Origin: Spirochaetia bacterium
GTDB lineage: Bacteria; Spirochaetota; Spirochaetia; SZUA-6; Bin103
DNA length: 64,000 bases
Direction of reading: 5' to 3'
NCBI GenBank assembly: GCA_965203055.1
Contig: OZ241863.1
Coordinates: 4,448,001-4,512,000, forward strand
The notes under the pieces are model-generated. The model made no database searches. It saw only the letters and a list, made by a program, of their open reading frames with translations, and was not told where the DNA came from. Below are positions 43,801-49,918 of the stretch, one piece after another (position 1 is the stretch's first letter; each line of letters starts with the position of its first letter). The translations under genes were made by a program, and so were the position numbers.

Positions 43801-46800
43801 GAGCACGACGGGACCGATCCGGGGAAGGCGACGCTGACGGCGACGTTGAACCGGGCGTCGAGCGAGGCGGTGACGCTGACGGTGTCTGCGGCGGCGGGGA
43901 CGAACGCGGCGGCGGGCGACTTCACGCTGTCGAGCACGACGACGTTGAGCATCGCCGCCGGGGCGACCAGCAGCACCGGTGAGGTGACGGTGACGGCGGT
44001 GGACGACACGGTCGACGCGCCGGACAAGGAAGTGACGGTATCGGCGACGGTAAGCGGCGACAGCGGGGTAGCGGCCCCGGCGAGCGTGACGCTGACGATC
44101 GAGGACGACGAAGCGGCGCCGGGGGTGACGTTGGCAGTGGCCGACAGCGCGATCGACGAGGACGGCGGGTCCACCACGGTGACCGCCACGCTGAGCCATG
44201 CGTCGAGCGAGACGACCACCATCACGGTGGCGGCGGTAGACGGCGCCTACACGGTCGGCGAGGACGCGACGATCGAGATCGCGGCGGGCGAGACAGCGAA
44301 CGCCGCGGACACGGTGACGATCACGGCGGTGGCCGACGCGGAGAGCACCGGCGACCGTACGGTGACGGTGACGGGAACGGCGCAGAACGGCCATAGCGTG
44401 GGGACGGTGACCGGAGCGGAGCTGACCCTCCGCGACGGCGGCGGCGACGACGGCGGCGGCGGGGTGATGGGGTTCGCGCTGAGCGGCGCGGTGGAGGACC
44501 AGGAGTGGACGCAGGGGCAGGCGATCATGCAGTTGACGCTGCCGGAAGCGACCGGCGGCGACGGAGCGGTGAACTATGCGTTGACGCCGGAGCTGCCGAG
44601 CGGCGTGAACCGGGACGCTGCCGGCCGGGAGGTGTCCGGGACGCCGGAGGCGACGCAGATGGAAACCGAATACACCTGGAGGGCGACCGACGGCGGCGGC
44701 GCGACGGCCGACGTGACGTTCACCATCGAGGTGCTGGCCGACGCGGTCCGGGACGAGCCGCCGGTGCCGCCGGTAGCGTCATCGCCGCCGGCGCAAGGGC
44801 CGGCGCCGGGACCGCCGGCCGTGGCGGTGAAGGTGTCGATCGGAGACGCTTCGATCATGGAAGGCGACGGGCGGCGGGTGGATGCCGAGTTCACGGTGAA
44901 GCTGGACCAGGCCAGCGCGGTGCCGGTCACGGTGGGGTTTGCGACCCGGGACGACACGGCGACCGCCGGGGCCGACTACGCGCAGCGCGCAGGAACGGTG
45001 ACCTTCGCGCCGGGGGAGACGCAGCGGACGATAGCGGTGCCGGTGCTGCCGGACACGACGGTGGAGGCGAACGAGGAGTTCGTGGTGGCGCTGGTGGAGC
45101 AGGAGGGGGCCGCGCTGGAACGGGCGATGGCGCGGGGGACGATCGGGGACAACGACGTGGCGCTGCTGGCGATCGACGACACGCAGGTGAAGGAAGGGGA
45201 CCGTGGCCGGTCGGCAGCCTGGTTCGAGGTGCGGATGCTCTCGAAGACGGAGCGGCCGGTGATGCTGCGCTACATGACGATGGACGGGACGGCGCGCGCC
45301 GGGGAGGACTACGAGGCGGCGAGCGAGGTGCTGGTGTTCGCGCCGGGAGAGGCGGCGAAGCGGGTATCGGTGACGGTGCTGGGAGACACGCAGCCGGAGG
45401 CGGACGAGACGTTCGGGGTGACGCTGCATGACGCCGAGCAGCGGGCGGCGAGTGCGGGGCTGGCGGCCGAGGGAGTGATCGAAGACGACGACCAGGAGCG
45501 GATGCGGCGGGCGTTGCGGCGGGCGCACGCGGAGTTTGCGCGGGTGGTGGCGACCGACGCGGTGGCGGTGATCGGGGAGCGGTTTGCGGCCGGAGGCGCG
45601 GCGGAAACGCAGCTCACGCTGAACGGGCGGCGGCTGGAGCTGGCGGGGGCCGCGGCGGGCGGCGCGGAGCCGGCGGCAGGCGCGGCCGAGTGGACGCCGG
45701 CGTCGGAGGAGGCAGCGCTGAGTCAGGTGCCGCTGCGGGAGTTCCTGGTGGGGAGTTCCTTCGATCTGGTGGGGCGGGCGCCGTTGAGCGAGGCGGGAGC
45801 GGTCGCCGCCGCGGGCGGAGGCCCGGAATGGAGCGTGTGGAGCCGGGGAGCGCTGAGCCAGTACGGCGGGCAGAGCGCGGCGCCGGGCGCCAGTTGGAAC
45901 GGGGGCGTATACGGCGGCTACCTGGGAGCGGACATCCGGGTGGCGGAGCCGCTGGTGCTGGGGTTGGCGGTGTCCCACAACGCCGGCGCGATGGAGTATC
46001 AGGAAAGCGTTGCCGACCGCGGCGACGAGTTCAAGGCGAAGGTGGAGACCTCGCTGACCAGCGTGCTGCCGTACGCTCACTGGAGGCCGCTGGAGGGCGT
46101 GAGCCTGTGGACGCTGGCGGGGGCCGGACTGGGCGGCAGCGGAGTCACCTGGGAGAGCACGCGGCTGGAAACGAGCAACACGCTGTGGCTGGGCGCGGCG
46201 GGGGCGCGGGTGGCGGTGGTGTCGTGGAACGGGTTGGACCTGGCGCTGGCGACCGACGGCTACTATGCGTCGCTGAGCGCGGAGTCGGAGGCCGCGAAGT
46301 GGCTGACGCAGGAGTTGGCGCCGGCTGGAGTGGGGCGGGTGCGGCTGCTGGCGGACGCGCGCTTCGACTGGCAGATGGCGGTCGATTCGCGGCTTGGGGT
46401 AAACCTGGAGGTGGGCGGTCGGTGGGACGCCGGGGCCGCGGCGCAGGGGTTCGGAGCGGAGCTGGGGGGAGGATTGGAGTATGTGTACACCGCGCTGGGG
46501 CTGGGAGTGCGGGCGCACGGACGGTATCTGCTGGCGCATCAGGAGCGGGAGTTTCAGGACTGGGGAGCGAGCGCGGGGCTGAGTTTCGATCCCGGGGCGC
46601 CGGGCCGCGGGCTGGCGCTGGCGGTGGCGCCGGCGTGGGGAGCGCCGGGCAGCCGGACGGAAGGAGTGTGGAGCGCGGCGCCGCTGGCGGCGGAGAGCGG
46701 CGGCGGGGCGGCGCGAGACGGCGCGGGGCTGCGCCCGGACCGGCTGGACGCGGAGCTGAGCTACGGGATTGAGATGCCTGGGGCGGCGGGGCTGGTGACG

Positions 46801-46965
46801 CTCTACGGCGGGCTGACGCAGGGGCAGCCGGACAGCGCCGGCTACCGGGTGGGCAGCCGTCTGGAGTTGGGCGGGCTGAGTATGGACCTGGCGCTGGACC
46901 GGCAGGAGAACCCCGGCGCCGACCCGGCCCACGGCCTCAGGCTGGAGGGCCAATTGCACTGGTAA
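25852..46965 (+). CDS. Giant (7037 aa) repetitive surface adhesin: Ig-like, putative-Ig and Calx-beta repeats plus a C-terminal autotransporter-like beta-barrel
   Basis: Signal-like LAALALLLSALPAAG; repeated GETI..VTFD..V.VTGTP.L domains, LP.ATGGDG.LTY modules, TATAGTDY/EPDET..V.L Calx-beta motifs; ends in amphipathic strands with terminal W (LRLEGQLHW). Confidence 0.88.
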   Translation: MGMKRQCVSRITVGALLARGGSGRERGNLTLTLAALALLLSALPAAGQTGVTSDPVVSGLRITSSPASGGAYRAGETITAEVTFDQTLAVTGTPRLAIAVGAATRQASGSHTAGESRISFSYTAATDDKDTDGISIAAGALTLNGATIRNAKGEDARLGLGAHAVAAQPGHKVSAPPRVTGVRLLTTNLRCCWGVRPAGWEDPRQTDENLYPPSLVLAEVTFDQPVAVSGTPQVALTIGANTRQATWNAFLSRLVHPTANAHGAEDIDVMAFYYELQASDFDGDGIGAAADALALNGGTIRDAEGEDAALGLGSHAIANQASLRVADTAPSFAAAEDRRYLLNLRANDRLPAATGDGALTYALTGPGAATTLSLPRGLSWNAAARTISGTPAGAAAAAPYTLTATDVDGDTGTLTFALSVVTDPVVSGVSVTSSPAAGDAYAAGETITVDVTFDQPVTVTGAPELALTIGSKLRQATGSPAANRRTVSFSYPVATGDRDTDGISITGSALTIAGATIRNAKGENARLGLGGHAVAGAAGHKVSTPPRVAQVNLHTTDMKCCWSRHDPGWADPRQTERNRFAPAVVWAAVTFDQALVFAGTGRPSLALTIGGATRQAAFDRYLSRQTARMLGKSNSQVLAFFYTLQPSDFDGDGIGVAAGALTLPAGTTLRDAQGEAAVLGLGTHAIANDPNYRVADTSPSFGSAAVQPQHWVAGAVSSLTLPAAAGDGAVSHALTPAQRPSWLKFDAATRVLSGTPPAAAAAAARTGYTWTATDVDGDSTALTFTLTVAAANAPKVAEVKLLSSPAAHAMYAPGSAIEVGVKFDKSVSVRGTPTLALDVGGAARQANYTALRNGYLVFSYTVRQADYDTDGVSIGAGALAAPARGGIFDKANAAVAALGLGSHTIANASGHKVGSPPRVTGVSIHSTPPQAGTYTRGATVTVQVDFDQTVTVTGTPQLALTIGGATRQASAMAESGAGVSRSRVRFSYTVAAADADPDGLGVAAAALTLNRGAIRDLDGQDAVPGLGSHARTAFANAKVDGSRTGLWPDFGSAASPALSLIAGTTATHALPTAAGGDTPLRYTVSPGLPAGLSVNASTAVLSGAPRTESPQTDYTLTATDANGDAATLAFTLKVLGSRPVVSGVSIASTPLAGDTYGASEVILVDVTFERTGTGAMTVRGAPRLAIAVGAAARQASFLSVSGATLRFRYTAQAEDRDTDGIAVAADALALNGGLIRDAASNNAILGLGRHALAAAPAHKVDGSAGRAPAVAGVRMISAPASGNTYTLGETIEVAVRFDQAVGVSGMPNLALTLGSATARAAWNRTGASPTTQIFRHVVQAADRDADGLSIGASALALGGGTIRNLRGRDAALGLGSHALGNQRAHKVDGSKNPAPLVTGVSLRSFQRDGWYDHGEVVEARVTFNKAVAVTGSPQLAIAIGATTRQASLHAASGARVDFRYTVQDGDHDTDGLSIGAGALALNGGTIRNNGVDAALGLGSHALGSQAAHKVDGRMAKVTGVTIETTPAGSAGYGAGEEIRVRVDFDLALGNYQGSRLALTIGDDTRQATFAYARRSIGMPLGNLNRLHYTYTVRATDRDADGLSIAANALSGTIRRRDGNPARTDLGSHARGAQAAHKVTGAVVTPRVTSISINGPLNGVTFGLGEKIMVTLQFNAPVAASRGAHLALTVGNATHRLNARGVGPRVYKSNYGFQYVVQASDRDADGIGIAADGLTLPQGGTLRSAVGVDAALGLPAAPVRKVDGSHNPPAKGIQVLRGQARHDTFLAGESFDVVVFWTKPVTITGTPTLAMQVGSVTRRLRLVRGGGTEAFFRYTVRHDDRDPDGVSIAADALRLEGASITGPGGKAAQLRLTKSIVNDASFKVGSAARPTPTFGAAVVPARDWTVGVPVNFTLPPATDGSGTLRYALLGPSVTPGQYRTAYLWLPPGLRYTAPANHTLSGGTISGTISGHTPTDNDMNGRTWRLTATDADADTATLDFLARIVPDRTPSFGDAAIDDQAWIENAAVTAFDLPEATGGNGDLTYTLAPALPGGVSRAGRRVSGAPGAAMARTQYTWTATDADGDQAALTFYVTVAADSAPSFGEAAISDLSWLQGSPITEVTLPEATGGNAPLTYGIATPGSTRVGTQGLPQGIELDGRVLKGTPTEVQESSDVDYAWLVVDADGDTAELTFDIEVYADLLPSFGDAALADRTWTQRQAITAFTLPAATGGDGDLTYALTPDLPAGVVRDAATREVSGTPTAALAATTYTWAATDADGDTVELTFTAAVDGIPTFGDAAIADVTWTKGKAIDAFTLPEAAGGDGRLTYTLAPDPPAGVVRDTTTREVSGTPTGGLARSGFRWRVRDEDGDEAVLEFHVTIVIPPAVTLALSASTIDESGTANTATVTAALDKASSADTTVTVAAAAGANAAAGDFTLSTAKTLTIAAGATTSTGTVTIAAVDNAKDEHDKSVIVSGSAANDDLVTGPANLTLTITDDDAAPTVSIAAASVTEGPAGSTATLAIPVSLSAASGKQVTVPYEEGTGGTATAGTDYTALSPGSLTIAAGETSGTVDVSVTGDGDAEPDETVKVVLTGSVNAALGTATGTGTIVDDDPSATSALVLTPSTIDESGAGNEARVTATLSQAVNGATTVTVSATAGTNAEAGDFTLSTAKTLTIAAGATTSTGAVTITAEDNGDAELDKSVTVSGTVDNGNVSAPDAVTLTIADDDRPPTPTLFIDAPKVAEGGPDDPMKSNSLTWTVTLTPASDREVRVSVALDQEAGTATAGTDHGYLPRPQLAFSPGETGKKISVSVHGDSTVEPDETVVVALSDPVNAELGDTSGTGTILDDDAPTVTLAVADSAIAENGGTTTVTATLSGASSAATTVTVTTVAGSYTVGSDATITIAAGKTANAADSVTITAVDDEVDNVGDRSVTVAGTASNTKGVGTVTGASLTLTDDEATPEAALVLSAETIDEHDGTDPGVSAVTAALSHASSKAVTLTVAAAPGTNTVAGDFSLSSTKTLTIAAGETESTSRVTIGSGATAGAVTVTAVDDTTDAPDKEVTVTAAVGGDSGIAAPPSVTLTIEDDEVAPGVTLAVADSSVAEDGGTTTVTATLSHASSAATTVTVTAVEGSYTVGEDATIEIAAGETASAADTATITAVNDDVDNVGNRTATVSGTAQNSQGAGTVIGAALTLTDDEATPTATLALSAETIDEHDGTNPGKATVTASLSRASSEAVTLTVAAAAGTNAAAGDFSLSDATTLTVAAGATSSTGTVTVTAVDNTTDAPDKEVTVTAAVSGDSGIAAPASVTLTIEDDEAAPGVTLAVADSSVAEDGGTTTVTATLSHASSAATTVTVTAVDGAYTVGPDATIEIASGETANAADTVTITAVNDDVDNVGDRSVTVSGTAQNGQGVGTVTGAALTLTDDEATPTATLALSAETIDEHDGSVAGSATVTASLDRASSEAVTLTVAAAAGTNAAAGDFSLSDATTLTVAAGATSSTGTVTVTAVDDTTDAPDKEVTVSAAVSGGSGIAAPASVTLTIEDDEAAPGVTLAVADSSIAEDGGTTTVTATLSHASSAATTVTVTAVDGSYTVGEDATIEIAAGETANAADTVTIAAVNDDVDNVGDRSVTVSGTAQNSQGAGSVTGAALTLTDDEATPTATLALSAETIDEHDGSVAGSATVTASLDRASSEAVTLTVAAAAGTNAAAGDFSLSSAKTLSIAAGATSSTGTVTVTAVDDTADAPDKEVTVTAAVSGDSGIAAPASVTLTIEDDEAAPGVTLAVADSAIAENGGTTTVTATLSHASSAAATITVTAVTGAYTVGEDATITIAAGATANAADTVTIAAVNDDVDNVGNRSVTVSGTAQNSQGVGTVTGASLTLTDDEGAPTATLTLSAETIDEHDGTNPGKATVTATLNRASSEAVTLTVAAAAGTNAVAGDFSLSSTKTLSIAAGATSSTGTVTVTAVDDTTDAPDKEVTVSAAVGGDSGIAAPASVTLTIEDDEAAPEVTLAVTDSSIAEDGGTTTVTATLSHASSAATTVTVTAVDGSYTVSDDATIEIAAGETANVTDSVTITAVNDAIDNVGSRAVTVSGTAQNSQGVGTVTGASLTLTDDEATPTVTLALSAETIDEHDGTNPGKATVTATLNRASSEAVTLTVAAAAGTNAAAGDFSLSSTKTLSIAAGATTSTGTVTVTAVDNTTDAPDKEVTVTAAVSGDSGIAAPAAQTLTIEDDEAAPGVTLALADSAINENGGTTTVTATLSHASSAATTITVQPVTGAYTVGTAATIEIAAGETANASDSVTITAENDAINNVGGQPVTVGGAAQNSHGVGTVTGASLTFKGRLVLNRETGEAAPGVTLAVADSAINENGGTTTVTATLSHASSAATTITVQPVSGAYTVGTDATIEIAAGETANTADTATITAVNDDVDNVGDRSVTVSGTAQNSQGVGTVTGASLTLTDDEATPTVTLALSAETIDEHDGTNPGKATVTASLDRASSEAVTLTVTAAAGTNAAAGDFSLSSAKTLSIAAGATSSTGTVTVTAVDNTVDAPDKEVTVTATVSGNSGIAAPASVTLTIEDDEAAPGVTLALADSAINENGGTTTVTATLSHASSAATTITVQPVTGAYTVGTAATIEIAAGETANASDSVTITAENDAINNVGGQPVTVGGAAQNSHGVGTVTGASLTFKGRLVLNRETGEAAPGVTLAVADSAIAENGGTTTVTATLSHASSAATTITVQPVSGAYTVGTDATIEIAAGETANTADTATITAVNDDVDNVGDRSVTVSGTAQNSQGVGTVTGASLTLTDDEATPTVTLALSPETVDEHDGANPGKATVTATLNRASSEAVTLTVAAAAGTNAAAGDFSLSSAKTLSIAAGATTSTGTVTVTAVDDPTDAPDKEVTVTAAVSGDSGVAAPASKTLTIEDDEAAPGVTLAVTDSSVAENGGTTTVTATLSHASSAATTITVQPVSGAYTVGSDATITIAAGATANTADTATITAVNDDVDNVGNRTATVSGTAQNSQGVGTVTGASLTLTDDEATPTATLVLSPETIDENNGTNPGKTTVTASLNRASSEAVTLTVAAAAGTNAVAGDFNLSSAKTLSIAAGATSSTGTVTVTAVDDTTDAPDKEVTVTAAVSGDSGVAAPASKTLTIEDDEAAPGVTLAVADSSIAENGGSTTVTATLSHPSSAATTITVQPVSGAYTVGSDATITIAAGATANAADTATITAVNDAIDNVGNRTATVSGTAQNSQGVGMVTGASLTLTDDEGAPTATLALSPETIDEHDGTNPGKATVTATLNRASSEAVTLTVAVAAGKNAAAGDFTLSSTKTLSIAAGATTSTGTVTVTAVDNTADAPDKEVTVTAAVTGDSGVAAPASVTLTIEDDEAAPGVTLAVADSAIAENGGTTTVTATLSHASSATTTITVQPVTGAYTVGSDATITIGAGETSNAADTATITAVNDAVDNVGNRTATVSGTAQNSQGVGTVTGASLTLTDDEGAPTATLVLSPETIDEHDGTNPGKATVTASLNRASSEAVTLTVSAAAGTNAAAGDFTLSSTTTLSIAAGATSSTGTVTVTAVDDAVDAPDKEVTVTAAVSGDSGIAAPASVTLTIEDDEAAPGVTLAVADSAIAENGGSTTVTATLSHASSAATTITVQPVTGAYTVGSDATITIAAGATANTADTVTITAVNDAIDNVGNRTVTVSGTAQNSQGVGTVTGASLTLTDDEGAPTAMLALSPETIDEHDGTNPGKATVTASLDRASSEAVTLTVSAAAGTNAAAGDFSLSSTKTLSIAAGATTSTGTVTVTAVDDTTDAPDKEVTVTATVSGDSGIAAPAAQTLTIEDDEAAPGVTLAVADSAIVENGGTTTVTATLSHASSAATTITVTAVDGAYTVGTDATIEIAAGETANAADTVTITAVDDAIDNTVNRTVTVSGTAQNSQGVGTVTGASLTLTDDEGAPTATLALSPETIAEHDGTDPGKATLTATLNRASSEAVTLTVSAAAGTNAAAGDFTLSSTTTLSIAAGATSSTGEVTVTAVDDTVDAPDKEVTVSATVSGDSGVAAPASVTLTIEDDEAAPGVTLAVADSAIDEDGGSTTVTATLSHASSETTTITVAAVDGAYTVGEDATIEIAAGETANAADTVTITAVADAESTGDRTVTVTGTAQNGHSVGTVTGAELTLRDGGGDDGGGGVMGFALSGAVEDQEWTQGQAIMQLTLPEATGGDGAVNYALTPELPSGVNRDAAGREVSGTPEATQMETEYTWRATDGGGATADVTFTIEVLADAVRDEPPVPPVASSPPAQGPAPGPPAVAVKVSIGDASIMEGDGRRVDAEFTVKLDQASAVPVTVGFATRDDTATAGADYAQRAGTVTFAPGETQRTIAVPVLPDTTVEANEEFVVALVEQEGAALERAMARGTIGDNDVALLAIDDTQVKEGDRGRSAAWFEVRMLSKTERPVMLRYMTMDGTARAGEDYEAASEVLVFAPGEAAKRVSVTVLGDTQPEADETFGVTLHDAEQRAASAGLAAEGVIEDDDQERMRRALRRAHAEFARVVATDAVAVIGERFAAGGAAETQLTLNGRRLELAGAAAGGAEPAAGAAEWTPASEEAALSQVPLREFLVGSSFDLVGRAPLSEAGAVAAAGGGPEWSVWSRGALSQYGGQSAAPGASWNGGVYGGYLGADIRVAEPLVLGLAVSHNAGAMEYQESVADRGDEFKAKVETSLTSVLPYAHWRPLEGVSLWTLAGAGLGGSGVTWESTRLETSNTLWLGAAGARVAVVSWNGLDLALATDGYYASLSAESEAAKWLTQELAPAGVGRVRLLADARFDWQMAVDSRLGVNLEVGGRWDAGAAAQGFGAELGGGLEYVYTALGLGVRAHGRYLLAHQEREFQDWGASAGLSFDPGAPGRGLALAVAPAWGAPGSRTEGVWSAAPLAAESGGGAARDGAGLRPDRLDAELSYGIEMPGAAGLVTLYGGLTQGQPDSAGYRVGSRLELGGLSMDLALDRQENPGADPAHGLRLEGQLHW
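34402..44430 (+). repeat. Intragenic tandem repeat with a 690-bp (230 aa) A+B unit; 16 A modules and 13 B modules
   Basis: A-module starts at about 34402, 35125, 35815, 36505, 37195, 37885, 38575, 38932, 39622, 39979, 40669, 41359, 42049, 42739, 43429 and 44119. Confidence 0.93.
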
Positions 46966-47006
46966 GCCGTGAAGGAGGATGGCGCCGGCGGGCCGGGAGC
47001 GGCGTG

Positions 47007-48110
47007 CTACTCCGCGGTGGCGGTCCGGTGCCGGTTGAGCAGCTCCCAGTCGATCCGGTAGCCGAGTCCCGGCTCGGTCGGGGCGTGCACCAGGCCGCGG
47101 TCGTCCACCGCTATATCCTCCACCAAGCCGTACCGGTTGGCCCCGGTGCAGGGAAAGAACTCGTAGTACTCGCAGTTGGGCACCGCCATGGTCACGTGCA
47201 GGTTCGCGACGTTGTTCAGGCTGTTGCCGCCGTGATGGATCTCGCAGCGCATGTTGAACCCTTCCGCCAGGTGGCACTGGCGCACCAGGGGCGTGATGCC
47301 GCCGGTCACCGCTACGTCGCCGCGCAGCATGTCGGTGGCGTAGCGGGTGATCCACGCCGCCATGCCGTAGAACCGACCCGGCGCGTACTCGGTGGACATG
47401 ATCGGAATGTCCAGCTTCTGCCTCAGCTTGACGTAGCCGTAGAGGTCCTCCTCCACCAGCGGATCTTCGTACCAGTAGTAGTCGAGCTCCTCGATGGCCC
47501 GGCCCACGCGCAGCGCGTCGGCGTACTGGTAGGCCCACATCGAATCGAGCATCAGGGTCATGTCGCCGCCCACCGCGGCGCGCACCGCCGCGCAGATCTC
47601 CACGTCGGCCCGCGGGTCGCCGTGCGGGTGGAGTTTGTGCGCCGTCCACCCCTGTTGTTGGAAGCGCACCGCCTCCTCGGCGTACTCCTCCTTGGTGGCG
47701 TGAAACGCGGTGCTGGAGTAGGCCGGTACCGAGTCCTTGCAGGTGCCGAGCAGGCGGTGGATCGGCTGGCCGGCAAGCTGGCCATTGATGTCCCACAGGC
47801 AGACGTCGATTGCGCCGATGGCCCGGGTCGACACTACGCGGTTCAGCTTCCACATGCGCCTCCAGAGCTTGCCGATATCCTGCGGGTTGCAGCCCAGGAG
47901 CAGCGGTTTGAGGTACTGGATCAGCCCCCGGACGCAGTGCTCGGCGCCGGCCATGGACGATCCCAGGAAGGCGTTGCCGCGGATCCCGGCGTCGGTCTCG
48001 ACGGTGACGACACCGAGCTGCACCGTGCCGCCGAAGGCGGTGCCCGACCCGATCTTCCACGACTCAGTCTGCCAGTTGCAGAGGTCTACCTTGACGTTGG
48101 TGATCTTCAC
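47007..48110 (-). CDS. Mandelate racemase/muconate lactonizing enzyme family enolase
   Basis: AIGAIDVCLWDINGQLAGQPIHRLLG, LMLDS, WYEDP, GGIT, EIH. Confidence 0.9.
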   Translation of the reverse strand: MKITNVKVDLCNWQTESWKIGSGTAFGGTVQLGVVTVETDAGIRGNAFLGSSMAGAEHCVRGLIQYLKPLLLGCNPQDIGKLWRRMWKLNRVVSTRAIGAIDVCLWDINGQLAGQPIHRLLGTCKDSVPAYSSTAFHATKEEYAEEAVRFQQQGWTAHKLHPHGDPRADVEICAAVRAAVGGDMTLMLDSMWAYQYADALRVGRAIEELDYYWYEDPLVEEDLYGYVKLRQKLDIPIMSTEYAPGRFYGMAAWITRYATDMLRGDVAVTGGITPLVRQCHLAEGFNMRCEIHHGGNSLNNVANLHVTMAVPNCEYYEFFPCTGANRYGLVEDIAVDDRGLVHAPTEPGLGYRIDWELLNRHRTATAE

Positions 48111-48189
48111 TTGCAGGTCGTCTCCACCCGCGCATGGTACCCGATTCCGCGCCTTACGGTCGTTGACGACGGCAACGGGCGCCCGTAAG

Positions 48190-49188
48190 GTGGCGCTCGT
48201 GCTGACGCAACGCCTGTTGGAGCAGATCGAGCGGGCGCTGGCGGCGGCGCTGGCGAGCTCGCCCGCGGCCGGCGCGCCACTTCAGATCGAAGCGCCGGGC
48301 CGCGACCTGCTGGCGCGGGGCGGCAAGCGCTGGCGCCCCCTGCTGCTGGCGTTGACCTGCCGCCTCTGCGGCGGTCCCGAAGCCGCCGCGGTCGCGCTCG
48401 CACCGCTGGTGGAGCTGGCTCACACCGGCAGCCTGATCATCGACGACATCGAAGATGGCGCCGACCTGCGCCGCGGCGCGCCGGCCGCGCACCTGCGCCA
48501 CGGCCTGGACTTGGCCATCAACGCGGGCAACCTGTTTTACTTCCTGCCGGAGCGGTGCATCGCGGCGGCGCGCCTCGATCCGGCCGCGGAACTGCAGGTT
48601 TACCGCCTCTACCTGCAGGCGATGGTGCGCCTCCACTACGGGCAGGGACTGGACATCCTGTGGCACCGGCAACCGGACCGGGTGCCGGAGTTGGCCGAGT
48701 ACTTCGCCATGTGCCGCGGCAAGTCGGGCAGTCTGGCGGGGCTGGCCACCAGCCTCGGCGCCGTGCTGGCCGCGGCCCCCGCCGGCCTCGTCGACCTGCT
48801 GCGCCGCGCCGGCGAGGAGTTCGGCGTCTGCTTCCAGATCATCGACGACGTGCGCAACCTGACCACCGGCAATCCGGGCAAGCGCCGCGGCGACGATCTG
48901 CAGGAGGGAAAGAAGAGCCTGCCGGTGATCCTCTACTGCAGCCGCGGCGCCGCGTTCCGGAGCCGCATGGTGGAACGGCTCGCCGCCTGCTCGGACGCCG
49001 CCGCCGGGTCCGGCGCGGTGGAGGAGACCATCGCCCTGCTGCGCCAGGCGGGGGTGATCGAGGAGGCGCGCGGCATGGCGCGCGGCAGGTACCGGCGCGT
49101 CATACGGGAGCTGGAACAGGACCCGACGATTGCCTGTGGTGAGTCGTGGGCGGCCCTGAAGGCGGTCACCGGCGCACTCATCGGTTGA
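48190..49188 (+). CDS. Polyprenyl diphosphate synthase (start approximate)
   Basis: GGKRWRP, HTGSLIIDDIEDGADLRRG, FQIIDD, DDLQEGKKS. Confidence 0.92.
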   Translation: MALVLTQRLLEQIERALAAALASSPAAGAPLQIEAPGRDLLARGGKRWRPLLLALTCRLCGGPEAAAVALAPLVELAHTGSLIIDDIEDGADLRRGAPAAHLRHGLDLAINAGNLFYFLPERCIAAARLDPAAELQVYRLYLQAMVRLHYGQGLDILWHRQPDRVPELAEYFAMCRGKSGSLAGLATSLGAVLAAAPAGLVDLLRRAGEEFGVCFQIIDDVRNLTTGNPGKRRGDDLQEGKKSLPVILYCSRGAAFRSRMVERLAACSDAAAGSGAVEETIALLRQAGVIEEARGMARGRYRRVIRELEQDPTIACGESWAALKAVTGALIG

Positions 49189-49288
49189 CGGCGCAACGGC
49201 CCGTACCGGGCGCACAGCGTGCGGGCGCACTGCGGGCGCGCGGACGCCCGTTTGCCTCCGCGCGGAGCGGCCGGTACCTTCTCACAGC

Positions 49289-49912
49289 ATGAGGAACGGC
49301 CGGCGCCAACTCCTGGCCTACCGCTACTACAACGCCACCACGGTGCTCATCGTCGCCAACGTGGCGGTGTTCCTGCTGGAGCTTACCAGCCGCAGCGTGG
49401 TCCGCGATTTTGCCTTGATTCCGCCGGAGGCGGCCGGCGGGCGCTGGTGGACCCTCGTTACCTACATGTTCCTGCACTCCACCGGTTCGCTGTATCACAT
49501 CATCTTCAACATGCTCGGTCTGATGTGGTTCGGCGCACCGGTGGAACGGCAGATCGGGAGTCACGAGTTTCTCAGCCTCTACCTTGTCTGCGGCGTCGCC
49601 GCCGGGCTGTTCGCCATGCTCTTTTCGCTTGACCGCGCAGTTGCCATCATCGGCGCCTCCGGCGCCCTGTTCGCGGTCATGCTGGCCTTCGCCACCCTGT
49701 TTCCCGATTCGGTAATCTACGCGTTCTGGTTCGTTCCCATGCGGGCGCCGCTGGCGGTGCTGATCTTCGCCGGGATCGCCGTGTTCGGCACCATGACCGG
49801 GTTCTCTCCCGGGGTCTCCCATCTCACCCACCTCGGGGGGTTGATCGCCGGCGCCTTGTACGTGTGGCTGCGCCTCGGCAGGAACCCGCTGGACTCGTTC
49901 TTCCGGCGGTAA
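49289..49912 (+). CDS. Rhomboid intramembrane serine protease
   Basis: TYMFLH...HIIFNM, IGASGA, HLTHLGG. Confidence 0.92.
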   Translation: MRNGRRQLLAYRYYNATTVLIVANVAVFLLELTSRSVVRDFALIPPEAAGGRWWTLVTYMFLHSTGSLYHIIFNMLGLMWFGAPVERQIGSHEFLSLYLVCGVAAGLFAMLFSLDRAVAIIGASGALFAVMLAFATLFPDSVIYAFWFVPMRAPLAVLIFAGIAVFGTMTGFSPGVSHLTHLGGLIAGALYVWLRLGRNPLDSFFRR

Positions 49913-49918
49913 GCGGAC

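Noticed and set aside
34402..44430. CRISPR array or DGR template/variable repeats
   Set aside because: Units are 690-bp in-frame coding repeats without unique spacers; no cas or reverse transcriptase gene; differences are not adenine-specific.
25792..48060. Very long minus-strand ORFs (1856, 2464, 1174 and 1093 aa)
   Set aside because: Arg/His-rich or mirror translations that are shadows of the GC-rich, repetitive adhesin gene.
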